Positions 8,431 to 16,894 of a stretch of DNA of 64,000 nt are shown piece by piece (position 1 is the first letter of the stretch; each line of letters opens with the position of its first letter). The DNA is taken from the NCBI GenBank assembly GCA_030826765.1, contig JAUUDM010000033.1:6254-70253 (forward strand). Direction: 5' to 3'. Origin of the DNA: Nautiliales bacterium (GTDB lineage: Bacteria; Campylobacterota; Campylobacteria; Campylobacterales; JAADDX01). The notes under the pieces were generated by a model. The model did not search any database and had not been told where the DNA came from. It saw only the letters and a program-made list of their open reading frames with translations. Made by a program: the position numbers and the translations under genes.

Positions 8431-10074
8431 TTATTTTTCATTTAAAAAATTTAAATTAAGTATTTCCATTCCAAAATTATTAATTAAATATGCCTTCTCA
8501 TCATCTTCTGATAATGTAATTGTAAAAATACGATCAGAAATAGCAATTGAAGAAAGTTGCATTGAATCTATATCAAATACTTCTAAACCATTATTATTAA
8601 CAAAATAAGCTTTTGTACCATCTTTTGATGGTACAACTTTATAAACAGAATCAGCAGTATCAATTAAAGAAATTCTATCTAGAATTCCTGGATCAGTCAC
8701 ATTTAGTTCTTCTACACCATGCTTAGTAGCTAAATAAATACTTTTATCATCTTTTGATAATGCTATATCATAAATAGTAATATCTTTTTGATTTGAACTA
8801 AGCACCTTTAAATTTTCAGAATCACTAATATCTATTATTTCTAATTGATTTGAACTAAGCACCTTTAAATTTTCAGAATCACTAATATCTATTATTTCTA
8901 AAGCATATCTATCTAATACATATGCTTTTGTTTCATCACTTGATACTATAAGTTTTAAAGCATATCCATTCATCTCTACATAATCAATTATTTTTGGATT
9001 CATTAAATCACTTATATCTACTATTTCAAATAGATTATCATTAATTAAATAAGCTTTTGTATTATCAGTTTTTGATAATACAATTCCACTAACATTATCA
9101 AAATCATTAGATACACTAATATTTTTAGGATTTTTTGGATCACTAATATCTATTACTTTTAAACCATTATTCATACCAACTACATATGCTTTTGTACCAT
9201 CTTTTGATAATACAATATTATATCCATTATTCATTTCTAATGAAGAAATAAGTTTTGGATTCTTTGGGTCACTAACATCTACTATTTCAAATTTTTTATA
9301 AGTAACTAAATAAGCTTTTGTACCATCTTTTGATAATGTCATATTTAATATAATATCATCAGATCCACTATTATTATAAAAACCTAATACTGGCAAAAAC
9401 TTTGTAAGTGAGGTTTTATTACCATTATGAATAATATTTATAATATCTTGAGATTTATTTTTATAACAATCAATAAGTTTATCTTTATCTTTTACTGGAT
9501 TAAATTGAATCATATTTTGAATATATTTTACAGAGTCATTTGTATATGTTTTCTTTAAAAGAATAGATGTAACATTTTTCAATTTTTGTTCTAATTTTGT
9601 TTTATCAAAATGATTTTTTATTTCGTTATAAACTGCTTCATATACTATTTCAGAGATATATGTGATTCTTAAATTATTACTAGCAGTTTTAATATCACTA
9701 CCTTTTGCAATAAGTCTAATAGTACCATTATTTTCACTACAAGTTTTATCTAATATACCATCATCATTTACATCACAATCTTTACCACCTACAACTTTAT
9801 ATAAATAATAATCTTCATTATTTAATTTATCTGAATGAGTATCAAATTTCCCTATTTGATCAAGTGTTACCCCACTACTTGTTGTTTCATTCCATAAAAG
9901 ACTAAATGAACCATTATTTTCTATTTTATAAATAGATACATTAGCATCCTTTAAATTTCCTAATTGTGCAGTACCTTCTGAAGATGAATTGCTGTTTTCC
10001 TCACTACCAGCTCCACAAGCAAGAAAAAATATCATTGTCATAAAAGCTATAAATAGTTGAACTATTTTAATCAT
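8431..10074 (-). CDS. Accessory surface lipoprotein with C-terminal LVIVD/YVTN-type beta-propeller repeats
   Basis: Lipobox FLA-C; repeated LSKDGTKAY...(L/F)EI(V/I)D(V/I)SDPKNP units of about 42-44 aa; DVNDDG loop in the N-terminal domain. Confidence 0.8.
   Translation of the reverse strand: MIKIVQLFIAFMTMIFFLACGAGSEENSNSSSEGTAQLGNLKDANVSIYKIENNGSFSLLWNETTSSGVTLDQIGKFDTHSDKLNNEDYYLYKVVGGKDCDVNDDGILDKTCSENNGTIRLIAKGSDIKTASNNLRITYISEIVYEAVYNEIKNHFDKTKLEQKLKNVTSILLKKTYTNDSVKYIQNMIQFNPVKDKDKLIDCYKNKSQDIINIIHNGNKTSLTKFLPVLGFYNNSGSDDIILNMTLSKDGTKAYLVTYKKFEIVDVSDPKNPKLISSLEMNNGYNIVLSKDGTKAYVVGMNNGLKVIDISDPKNPKNISVSNDFDNVSGIVLSKTDNTKAYLINDNLFEIVDISDLMNPKIIDYVEMNGYALKLIVSSDETKAYVLDRYALEIIDISDSENLKVLSSNQLEIIDISDSENLKVLSSNQKDITIYDIALSKDDKSIYLATKHGVEELNVTDPGILDRISLIDTADSVYKVVPSKDGTKAYFVNNNGLEVFDIDSMQLSSIAISDRIFTITLSEDDEKAYLINNFGMEILNLNFLNEK
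8788..8901. repeat. Exact tandem 57-bp duplication (2 copies, in frame)
   Basis: Unit ttgatttgaactaagcacctttaaattttcagaatcactaatatctattatttctaa at 8788-8844 and 8845-8901; encodes LEIIDISDSENLKVLSSNQ twice. Confidence 0.97.
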
Positions 10075-10105
10075 TCATTATCCTTTTTTTATTTTTAATA
10101 TTACT

Positions 10106-11113
10106 TTATATAATCAACATCGCATCTCCATAACTATAAAATCTATATTTTTCTTTTATAGCTATTTCATAAAGCTCTAATGTTTTTTCCCTACCTACAA
10201 AAGCACTTACAAGCATAATTAATGTTGATTTTGGTAAATGAAAATTTGTAAGTAAATTATTTACTCTAATTGGTTTATTTTGTGGATGAAGAAATAAATC
10301 ACATTCCCCAAAAAGTTTTTTTTCTCTTGCATAATATTCAATAGTTCTTGTTGCAGTAGTTCCAACTGCCGTAATTTTAATATCACTATCTAAAATTTTA
10401 GCTGTCGATTCTGGAATTTCAAAAAATTCAGAATGCATAGGATGTTCAAGAATATTTTCAACTTCTACGGGTTTGAATGTCCCTGCTCCTACGTGAAGAG
10501 TTAAAAAACTTTTATTTTTGATTTTTGATAAAAGCTCATCAGTAAAATGTAAAGATGCAGTAGGTGCAGCTACTGCTCCAGGATTTTGAGCAAAAACAGT
10601 TTGATATTCATTTTCATCCAATTTTTCATCTTCACGATTTATATATGGTGGGAGTGGAATATGTCCTATTTCGTTTAAAATATCAACTAATTCTAAAAAA
10701 TCAATTTTTTTATCATTTTGATAAAATTCAACTAATCTACTTCCATCTTCATTTAATTGTTTTACAACTCCTTTTAAATTTTTATCAAAAAATAGTTCAG
10801 TATCTATTTTTACTTTACCTCTAATATAAACTAAAAACTTATCATTAAAAGGTCTATTTAAAAGAAGCTCTACTTTTCCTCCTGTCTCTTTTTGTCCAAA
10901 AATACGAGCTTTTACTACTTTTGTATCATTAAAAATAAAATGACTTTCCCCCACAAAATCTAAAATTTTATCAAAAGTTGTATGAGTTATTTTATCATTT
11001 TTTATATCATAAACTAATAGTTTTGCTTTATCTCTTGGAGTTACTGGATAAGTAGCAATTAATTCCTTTGGTAAAGTGTAATCATAACTTTCTACTAATA
11101 AATCCTTATTCAT
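10106..11113 (-). CDS. queA: S-adenosylmethionine:tRNA ribosyltransferase-isomerase
   Basis: PLPPYI, YQTVFA, GAVAAPTA, TLHVGAGTF, TNFHLPKSTL, YRFYSYGD. Confidence 0.98.
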   Translation of the reverse strand: MNKDLLVESYDYTLPKELIATYPVTPRDKAKLLVYDIKNDKITHTTFDKILDFVGESHFIFNDTKVVKARIFGQKETGGKVELLLNRPFNDKFLVYIRGKVKIDTELFFDKNLKGVVKQLNEDGSRLVEFYQNDKKIDFLELVDILNEIGHIPLPPYINREDEKLDENEYQTVFAQNPGAVAAPTASLHFTDELLSKIKNKSFLTLHVGAGTFKPVEVENILEHPMHSEFFEIPESTAKILDSDIKITAVGTTATRTIEYYAREKKLFGECDLFLHPQNKPIRVNNLLTNFHLPKSTLIMLVSAFVGREKTLELYEIAIKEKYRFYSYGDAMLII

Positions 11114-12185
11114 TATCCAATTCCGTCAATGCTTTTTTTAGCTCTTCTAGTTTAGTTGAATATTCTAAAGCTGTCTCTTTTGTAATCAATCCTTCTCTTA
11201 CGGCTTCAACTAAAACTTGTGTTTGCGTTTGCATTCCTGTTTGAGCTTGGTTAAGTTGCATTTGAGAATATAATTGATTAAGTTTATTTTCTCTTATTAA
11301 GTTTGCAATTGCTAAATTATTAAGAAAAATTTCATGAACTGCTACTCTTCCCCCTCCAATTTTTGGTAAAAGTGATTGAGCAATAACAGCAACTAATCCC
11401 ATAGAAAGTTGTGCTCTAACTTGCCCTTGCTCTTCAGCTGGAAAAACATCAATAACCCTATTTATAGTTTGAATAGCACTATTTGTATGAAGTGTTCCAA
11501 ATACAATATGCCCAGTTTCTGCTGCTGTTAGAGCTGCTGCAATAGTTTCCCTATCTCTCATCTCTCCAACTAATATAACATCAGGATCTTCTCTAAGTGC
11601 ATATTTAATAGCATTAGCAAAAGATTTACTATCTTTTCCAACTGTTCTTTGAGAAATTAAAGATTTTTTATGTTGATGAACAAATTCTACTGGATCTTCC
11701 ATTGTTATAATATGTTTATTGTATGTTTCATTTATTTCATTAATCATAGCAGCAAGAGTTGTTGATTTACCACTTCCAGTAGGTCCCGTAACTAAAATCA
11801 ATCCCTTTTCTCTTCTTGTAAGTTGTCTAAAAACTTCAGGTGCATTTATCTCATCTAAACTAAGTGGTCTTTCAGGAATAATCCTAAAAGCTGCAGCTAA
11901 AGTACTTTGTTGGTAATAATAACTTGCCCTAAATCTTGCTGTTTTTGGTATTTCAAAAGCAAAATCAATTTCTAAATTTTCTTCAAGATAGGCTTTATCT
12001 TTTTCTGTTAATACAGAATAACAAAGCTTTAAAGTGTCTTCAGGCTCTAAATTTGGTAAATTCAAAGCCTTAAGTCTTCCATCGATTCTTAATTGTGGTG
12101 GAGCGCCCACAACAAGATGTAAATCTGAGGCTTTATATTGAACAATCTGTTTAAGAAGGGTTTCTAAAGTATAACTTAATGCCAT
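11106..12185 (-). CDS. pilT: Type IV pilus retraction ATPase
   Basis: ASDLHL, Walker A GPTGSGKS, EDPVE, LREDPDVILVGEMRD, His box GHIVFGTLH, AIANLIRE (AIRNLIRE variant). Confidence 0.93.
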   Translation of the reverse strand: MALSYTLETLLKQIVQYKASDLHLVVGAPPQLRIDGRLKALNLPNLEPEDTLKLCYSVLTEKDKAYLEENLEIDFAFEIPKTARFRASYYYQQSTLAAAFRIIPERPLSLDEINAPEVFRQLTRREKGLILVTGPTGSGKSTTLAAMINEINETYNKHIITMEDPVEFVHQHKKSLISQRTVGKDSKSFANAIKYALREDPDVILVGEMRDRETIAAALTAAETGHIVFGTLHTNSAIQTINRVIDVFPAEEQGQVRAQLSMGLVAVIAQSLLPKIGGGRVAVHEIFLNNLAIANLIRENKLNQLYSQMQLNQAQTGMQTQTQVLVEAVREGLITKETALEYSTKLEELKKALTELDNE

Positions 12186-12187
12186 TA

Positions 12188-12472
12188 TTACCCTTCTATA
12201 ATTTTTGGAACAATAAAATAATTTCCTTCACTTTTTGGTGCATGATCTAAAATTGTTTTAATAGCATCATTATTTACTGGCGTATCATCTCTCATTGGTG
12301 TTGAAGCATTTAATACATTAAAAGTTGCTTCTACATTATCAGTATTAACTTCTTGTAAAATTTCTACAAATTCTACAATTTGATTTAAATCAGCTATCAT
12401 TTCTTCTCTATTTTCTACTTTTATCATTGATAATTTTTCAAGTTTTGCTAAAAGTTTATCATCTATTTTCAT
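12188..12472 (-). CDS. gatC: Asp-tRNA(Asn)/Glu-tRNA(Gln) amidotransferase subunit C
   Basis: 94 aa; MRDD...ILDHAP...YFIVPKII. Confidence 0.95.
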   Translation of the reverse strand: MKIDDKLLAKLEKLSMIKVENREEMIADLNQIVEFVEILQEVNTDNVEATFNVLNASTPMRDDTPVNNDAIKTILDHAPKSEGNYFIVPKIIEG

Positions 12473-12486
12473 TATTTTATCCTTTT

Positions 12487-12513
12487 TGATATAATCATTT
12501 AATTATTTTACCA
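12487..12513. promoter_or_regulatory. Face-to-face extended -10 elements (hemL plus, gatC minus)
   Basis: Plus TGATATAAT 12487-12495; minus TGGTAAAAT 12513-12505. Confidence 0.55.
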
Positions 12514-12526
12514 AAAAAGGAAGAAA

Positions 12527-13807
12527 ATGAACAGGGAAAATAGTAAAAAATTATTCAAAGATGCACAAAAATATATAGTTGGAGGGGTAAATTCACCTGT
12601 TAGAGCATTTCAAAGTGTTGGAGGAACACCTGTTTTTATCAAAAAAGGAAAAGGCGCTTATATCACAGATGTTGATGATAATCAATATTTAGATTATATT
12701 CAAAGCTGGGGACCATTAATTTTTGGCCACGCTGATAAAGATATTGAAAAAGCTATTATTGAAACTATAAAAAATGGAACAAGTTTTGGAGCTCCTACTG
12801 AAGTTGAAACAATACTTGCAAAAGAAGTTTTAGAACTTTTTCCACATTTAGACAAAATAAGATTTGTAAGTAGTGGTACAGAAGCTACAATGAGTGCAAT
12901 TAGAGTTGCAAGAGGTGTTAGTGGAAAAGATGATATCATTAAATTCAAAGGTGGTTATCACGGACATAGTGATTCTCTTTTAGTTAGTGCTGGAAGTGGC
13001 GCGGTAACTTTTGGAAGTCCAAGTAGTCCAGGTGTTCCTGCTGATTTTACAAAACATACTCTTTTAGCTGATTATAATAATATTGAATCAGTTAAAAAAT
13101 GTTTTGAAGCTGGAAATGTTGGTTGTGTAATCATAGAACCAATTGCTGGAAATATGAGTTTAATACCAGCTGATAAAGAATTTTTACTTGAACTTAGAGA
13201 ATTATGTACAAAAAATGGTGCTGTTTTAATTTTTGATGAGGTTATGAGTGGATTTAGAGCTAGTCTTAAAGGAAGTTATGGACTTTTAGGAATAGAATCT
13301 GATATGGTAACTTTTGGTAAAGTTATAGGTGGAGGTATGCCAGTAGGTGCATTTGCAGGAAAAGCTGAAATTATGAAAGAATTAAGTCCAGAAGGTCCAA
13401 TCTATCAAGCAGGAACTTTAAGTGGAAATCCAGTTGCTATGAGTGCAGGACTTGCAAGTCTAAAAAAACTGAAAGAAAATCCAGCAATTTATACTGATTT
13501 AGAAATAAAAGCAAATGTTTTAATGAAAGGTTTCAAAGATATTTGTGAAGAAAATTCTATTCCTTTTCATTATAATGTAAGAGGAAGTATGTTTGGATTC
13601 TTCTTCAATGAAAAACATCCTAAAAACTTCGATGAAGTATGTGAAGGTGATGAAAAAAGATATGCCAAATTCCATTCGGAAATGTTAGATAAAGGTTTCT
13701 ATTTTGCCCCAAGTGCATATGAAACTGGATTTATCTGTACAGCTATGAGTGATTCTGATATAGATAAAACATTAACAGCATTTAGAGAAGTAGCAAAGAG
13801 TTTATAA
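12527..13807 (+). CDS. hemL: Glutamate-1-semialdehyde 2,1-aminomutase
   Basis: [31 protein letters not shown] lysine in GKVIGGGMP. Confidence 0.98.
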   Translation: MNRENSKKLFKDAQKYIVGGVNSPVRAFQSVGGTPVFIKKGKGAYITDVDDNQYLDYIQSWGPLIFGHADKDIEKAIIETIKNGTSFGAPTEVETILAKEVLELFPHLDKIRFVSSGTEATMSAIRVARGVSGKDDIIKFKGGYHGHSDSLLVSAGSGAVTFGSPSSPGVPADFTKHTLLADYNNIESVKKCFEAGNVGCVIIEPIAGNMSLIPADKEFLLELRELCTKNGAVLIFDEVMSGFRASLKGSYGLLGIESDMVTFGKVIGGGMPVGAFAGKAEIMKELSPEGPIYQAGTLSGNPVAMSAGLASLKKLKENPAIYTDLEIKANVLMKGFKDICEENSIPFHYNVRGSMFGFFFNEKHPKNFDEVCEGDEKRYAKFHSEMLDKGFYFAPSAYETGFICTAMSDSDIDKTLTAFREVAKSL

Positions 13808-14127
13808 TGAAAAAAGAAGAAATAAAAGAACCAAAATTTAAGCCAATAATAGAGGGAGCTAATAAGCTTTCTCTTGGTATTTCAATGGTTGTTGCTATTT
13901 TACTGGGAATTGGTATAGGTAAACTTATGCAACATTTTTTTGGTGGTTCTATTTGGTGGCTTTGGCTTGGAGTTTTTTGGGGAGTTGCAGCTGCAGGACT
14001 TAATATATATAAAATGTATAAAGTAGTCAAAAAAGATCTTGATTCAGTAAAAGATGATCCAAAATATCAACATCAACTTTATACTGATAAATATGAAGAT
14101 GATGGACTTGATAAATATGGGAAATAG
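13807..14127 (+). CDS. AtpZ/AtpI-family small membrane protein
   Basis: Two TM helices (LGISMVVAILLGIGIG...WLWLGVFWGVAAA); TAATG coupling to hemL. Confidence 0.75.
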   Translation: MKKEEIKEPKFKPIIEGANKLSLGISMVVAILLGIGIGKLMQHFFGGSIWWLWLGVFWGVAAAGLNIYKMYKVVKKDLDSVKDDPKYQHQLYTDKYEDDGLDKYGK

Positions 14128-14150
14128 AAGATTAAAATATCTTCTTGTCT
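14126..14150 (+). terminator. Possible intrinsic terminator
   Basis: AGAAGAT-taaaat-ATCTTCT followed by a T-rich tail, between convergent genes. Confidence 0.35.
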
Positions 14151-14200
14151 TTCTATTATTAAATATCTAAAAAAACTAATTTAAATTATCAATTTCTATA

Positions 14201-14821
14201 TTATTTATTATTCTTAAAAAATTCTATTCTTATTTCATTCGCTTTTTTAACTAATTCTAACTTTTTATTTTCTTCTTTAGTAGTATCTAATCCAAATTTC
14301 TTCATAAGCTTTATACAATTATAATAATCTCTTGCTTCTCCTAATAACTTTTGCATTTTTTTTAAAAAATTAACTAATTTTTCTTCTTTTTTACTTTCTG
14401 AAAATACATATCTACATCTTTTTATAAAAATTCTTATTTTATGCAACTTTTTATCACTCATTGATAAAAAATTTTTTTGTAATATTTTTAAACACTTTTT
14501 TTTAGATACAAGATATTTATTATTTTTTATATTTATTATTTTACTTTTAAATTCCTCTAAAAATTCAATAAATTTAACAACTTCTTCTTCCCTATGTTTA
14601 TGTAAATATTTTAAAATTTCTAAATCTTCACATTTTTCAATCAACACATCATAATCTCTTATTTTATTAGATTTTTTAATCAAAAGTTTTAATCCTAAGT
14701 CATCTTTTGCATTATGATTTAAAACTGATAATTTAGATCTACAAGCAACTCTTAAATCGTGAAGAGTATCTACATCTCTATCTTTTTTAAATTTTTCAAT
14801 TAAACTTAAAATTTTTTTCAT
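14201..14821 (-). CDS. Stand-alone CHAD domain (polyphosphate-binding) protein
   Basis: LHDLRVACR, RDYDV, LHKIRIFIKRCRY, QKLLGEARD; very basic. Confidence 0.88.
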   Translation of the reverse strand: MKKILSLIEKFKKDRDVDTLHDLRVACRSKLSVLNHNAKDDLGLKLLIKKSNKIRDYDVLIEKCEDLEILKYLHKHREEEVVKFIEFLEEFKSKIINIKNNKYLVSKKKCLKILQKNFLSMSDKKLHKIRIFIKRCRYVFSESKKEEKLVNFLKKMQKLLGEARDYYNCIKLMKKFGLDTTKEENKKLELVKKANEIRIEFFKNNK

Positions 14822-14844
14822 AGATACCCCTTTTAAATAAAAAT

Positions 14845-15267
14845 TTAACTTTCTGTTCTTACAATCAAACTTTCAGGAAGATTAAATTGTTTTATAAGTT
14901 CTTCTTCTTTTTCTCTCATCTCCCCATTATCAGTTTCATGGTCATATCCTGTTAAATGTAAAAGTCCATGAATCAAAAGCAATTTAAATTCATCATCTTT
15001 TGAATGTCCAAATTCATCTGCTTTTTCTATAACTTTATCAGCAGAAATTATAATACTACCAATCGGCATATGTTCACATGCCACGTCAAGAGGAAAACTC
15101 AAAACATCTGTTGGTTTATCGATGTTTCGATACTCTTTATTAAGTTCTTGAATAGTTTTATTATCAACTACAATTAATTCAAACTCTTTATCTGTTATAA
15201 ATTTTGCAATTTTTGCAATTTCTTCTAAATTAATTTCTAAATTAGTTTGATTTTCAAAATCTATCAT
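14845..15267 (-). CDS. ybeY: rRNA maturation endoribonuclease YbeY
   Basis: LNKEYR, PTDVLSFP, HGLLHLTGYDH. Start moved to ATG 15267. Confidence 0.96.
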   Translation of the reverse strand: MIDFENQTNLEINLEEIAKIAKFITDKEFELIVVDNKTIQELNKEYRNIDKPTDVLSFPLDVACEHMPIGSIIISADKVIEKADEFGHSKDDEFKLLLIHGLLHLTGYDHETDNGEMREKEEELIKQFNLPESLIVRTES

Positions 15268-15269
15268 TT

Positions 15270-15578
15270 TTATGCTCCGCAAGCAGCACTTCCACCTCTC
15301 CAATATTTTTTTTCTAATTCTAAAAATCTTGCTTTTTCATCTTCATTCATAACTCTTTCATTATATTCAAGTTCTAAACCTAAATTTTTAAGTGGAAGTT
15401 TTACTGAGTTAATTAATTGATCTTTTATTGGAATATTATCAAATGGCCATACAAAAGTTGCTTTTACTTTATTATCTTCAAAATCAACATCTTCTAACAT
15501 TCCTAAATTTAATAAACTTGTTGCAATTGCTGGATGTTGAACACCTTCTATTGTTTGAATAACTTTAAAAAAATCCAT
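15270..15578 (-). CDS. DUF59 / FeS-assembly-like small protein
   Basis: V(Q)HPAI..SLLNLGML pattern of the DUF59 N-terminus; ends GGSAACGA. Confidence 0.65.
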   Translation of the reverse strand: MDFFKVIQTIEGVQHPAIATSLLNLGMLEDVDFEDNKVKATFVWPFDNIPIKDQLINSVKLPLKNLGLELEYNERVMNEDEKARFLELEKKYWRGGSAACGA

Positions 15579-15587
15579 TTACTCTCC

Positions 15588-16067
15588 TTATAAATATTTT
15601 TTACTTATTTCTTTTATTTCTTGATATACTTTATCAAAATCTGCACTATAAACTCTCGTTTCAGCAAGAGTTGTCATCATATTTGTATCTCTACTAAATC
15701 GTGGGACTAATTGCATATGAATATGTTCAGGTATCCCTGCACCCCCTGCAATTCCTAGATTAAATCCTATATTTAAACCTTCAGCACCCCATTCTTTTAA
15801 AATTTTTACACCCTTTTGAGACATAATTGCTAAATGAGATATCTCTTTTTGACTTAAATCTTCTAAATTTGATGTATGAATATTAGGAATAATCATAAAA
15901 TGCCCCGGATTATAAGGAAATTTATTCATTATAAAAAAACAAATTTCATCTCTATAAAAGATGTAATTTTTATCATCTTTATTAGAATCTCTAATATCAC
16001 AAAAAACACACCCAGCTCTTTTATTTTTATGATATTCCCTTCTCCAAGGAGCATAAAGTCTATGCAT
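15588..16067 (-). CDS. HIT-family nucleotide hydrolase/phosphorylase (HxHxQ variant)
   Basis: LYAPWR, CVFC, NKFPYNPGH, GFNLG.AGGAG, HIHMQLVPR. Confidence 0.9.
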   Translation of the reverse strand: MHRLYAPWRREYHKNKRAGCVFCDIRDSNKDDKNYIFYRDEICFFIMNKFPYNPGHFMIIPNIHTSNLEDLSQKEISHLAIMSQKGVKILKEWGAEGLNIGFNLGIAGGAGIPEHIHMQLVPRFSRDTNMMTTLAETRVYSADFDKVYQEIKEISKKYL

Positions 16068-16068
16068 T

Positions 16069-16284
16069 TTATAAAAATCCTAATTCATCTAAAATAGGTA
16101 AAATTTCTTCATCATAAATTTCTCTTAATTTATTTGGAATTAAAGCCATAGCTTCTTCATCATGCTTCCACTCTTCTATTTTTTCTAAAATAGCACTTTT
16201 TTTAAGTTCATCTAATGTTGGATGCTCTTTTATTTTATTTTGTAATCTATCAATATCTTCTAATCTTAATTGTCGTTTATTCAT
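16069..16284 (-). CDS. Small hypothetical helical protein
   Basis: 71 aa ORF with AAGGA RBS; first gene of a tightly spaced operon. Confidence 0.75.
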   Translation of the reverse strand: MNKRQLRLEDIDRLQNKIKEHPTLDELKKSAILEKIEEWKHDEEAMALIPNKLREIYDEEILPILDELGFL

Positions 16285-16301
16285 TTTTTATCCTTTCTTT
16301 T

Positions 16302-16317
16302 TGATATAATTCTACCA
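16302..16317. promoter_or_regulatory. Overlapping bidirectional extended -10 elements (recR / hypothetical-HIT operon)
   Basis: TGATATAATTCTACCA: plus TGATATAAT, minus TGGTAGAAT. Confidence 0.6.
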
Positions 16318-16333
16318 AAAAAAGGATAACTTT

Positions 16334-16894
16334 TTGAAAAATTTAAAAAGTTTGAATGAATTAATTGAAAATCTACAAAAATTACCCACAATTGGTAAAA
16401 AATCTGCCACTCGTATGGCTATGTTTTTAGTAAAAAATAAATTTACTGCTATGAAAATAGCAAACTCTATAGAAAGTGCAATTACAGCAATAGGGGAATG
16501 CAGAGAATGTGGAAATCTAAGTGAACACGAACTTTGTGAAATTTGTATGAGCCAAAGAGAAAATAAACTTTGCATTGTAGGGCATTCAAAAGATATTATT
16601 TTACTTGAGGAAAATTCTATTTTTAAAGGTTATTATTTTGTAATGCCTGAACTTGATAATGAAAAAATTGAAAAATTAATTAATATGATTAATAATAAAA
16701 ATATTGAAGAAGTAATATTTGGCTATACTCATTCAATAGAAAATGAAGCAAAAATAATGTATTTAGAAGAAAGATTGAAAGATAAAAACTTAAAGTTCTC
16801 CAAAATAGCCCAAGGAATACCTATGGGTGTAAATTTCGAAAATGTAGATATTACATCACTTTATAAAGCTTTTAGGGGGAGAGTGAAATTATAA
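16334..16894 (+). CDS. recR: Recombination mediator RecR
   Basis: HhH LPTIGKKSA, C4 zinc finger CRECGN...CEIC, IAQGIPMG; TTG start. Confidence 0.93.
   Translation: MKNLKSLNELIENLQKLPTIGKKSATRMAMFLVKNKFTAMKIANSIESAITAIGECRECGNLSEHELCEICMSQRENKLCIVGHSKDIILLEENSIFKGYYFVMPELDNEKIEKLINMINNKNIEEVIFGYTHSIENEAKIMYLEERLKDKNLKFSKIAQGIPMGVNFENVDITSLYKAFRGRVKL

Noticed and set aside
8788-9340. Regularly spaced DNA repeats as a possible CRISPR array or DGR template/variable repeat
   Set aside because: The repeats are in-frame coding blades of one ORF. There are no unique spacers, cas genes or reverse transcriptase, and no adenine-specific mismatch pattern (the two 57-bp copies are identical).
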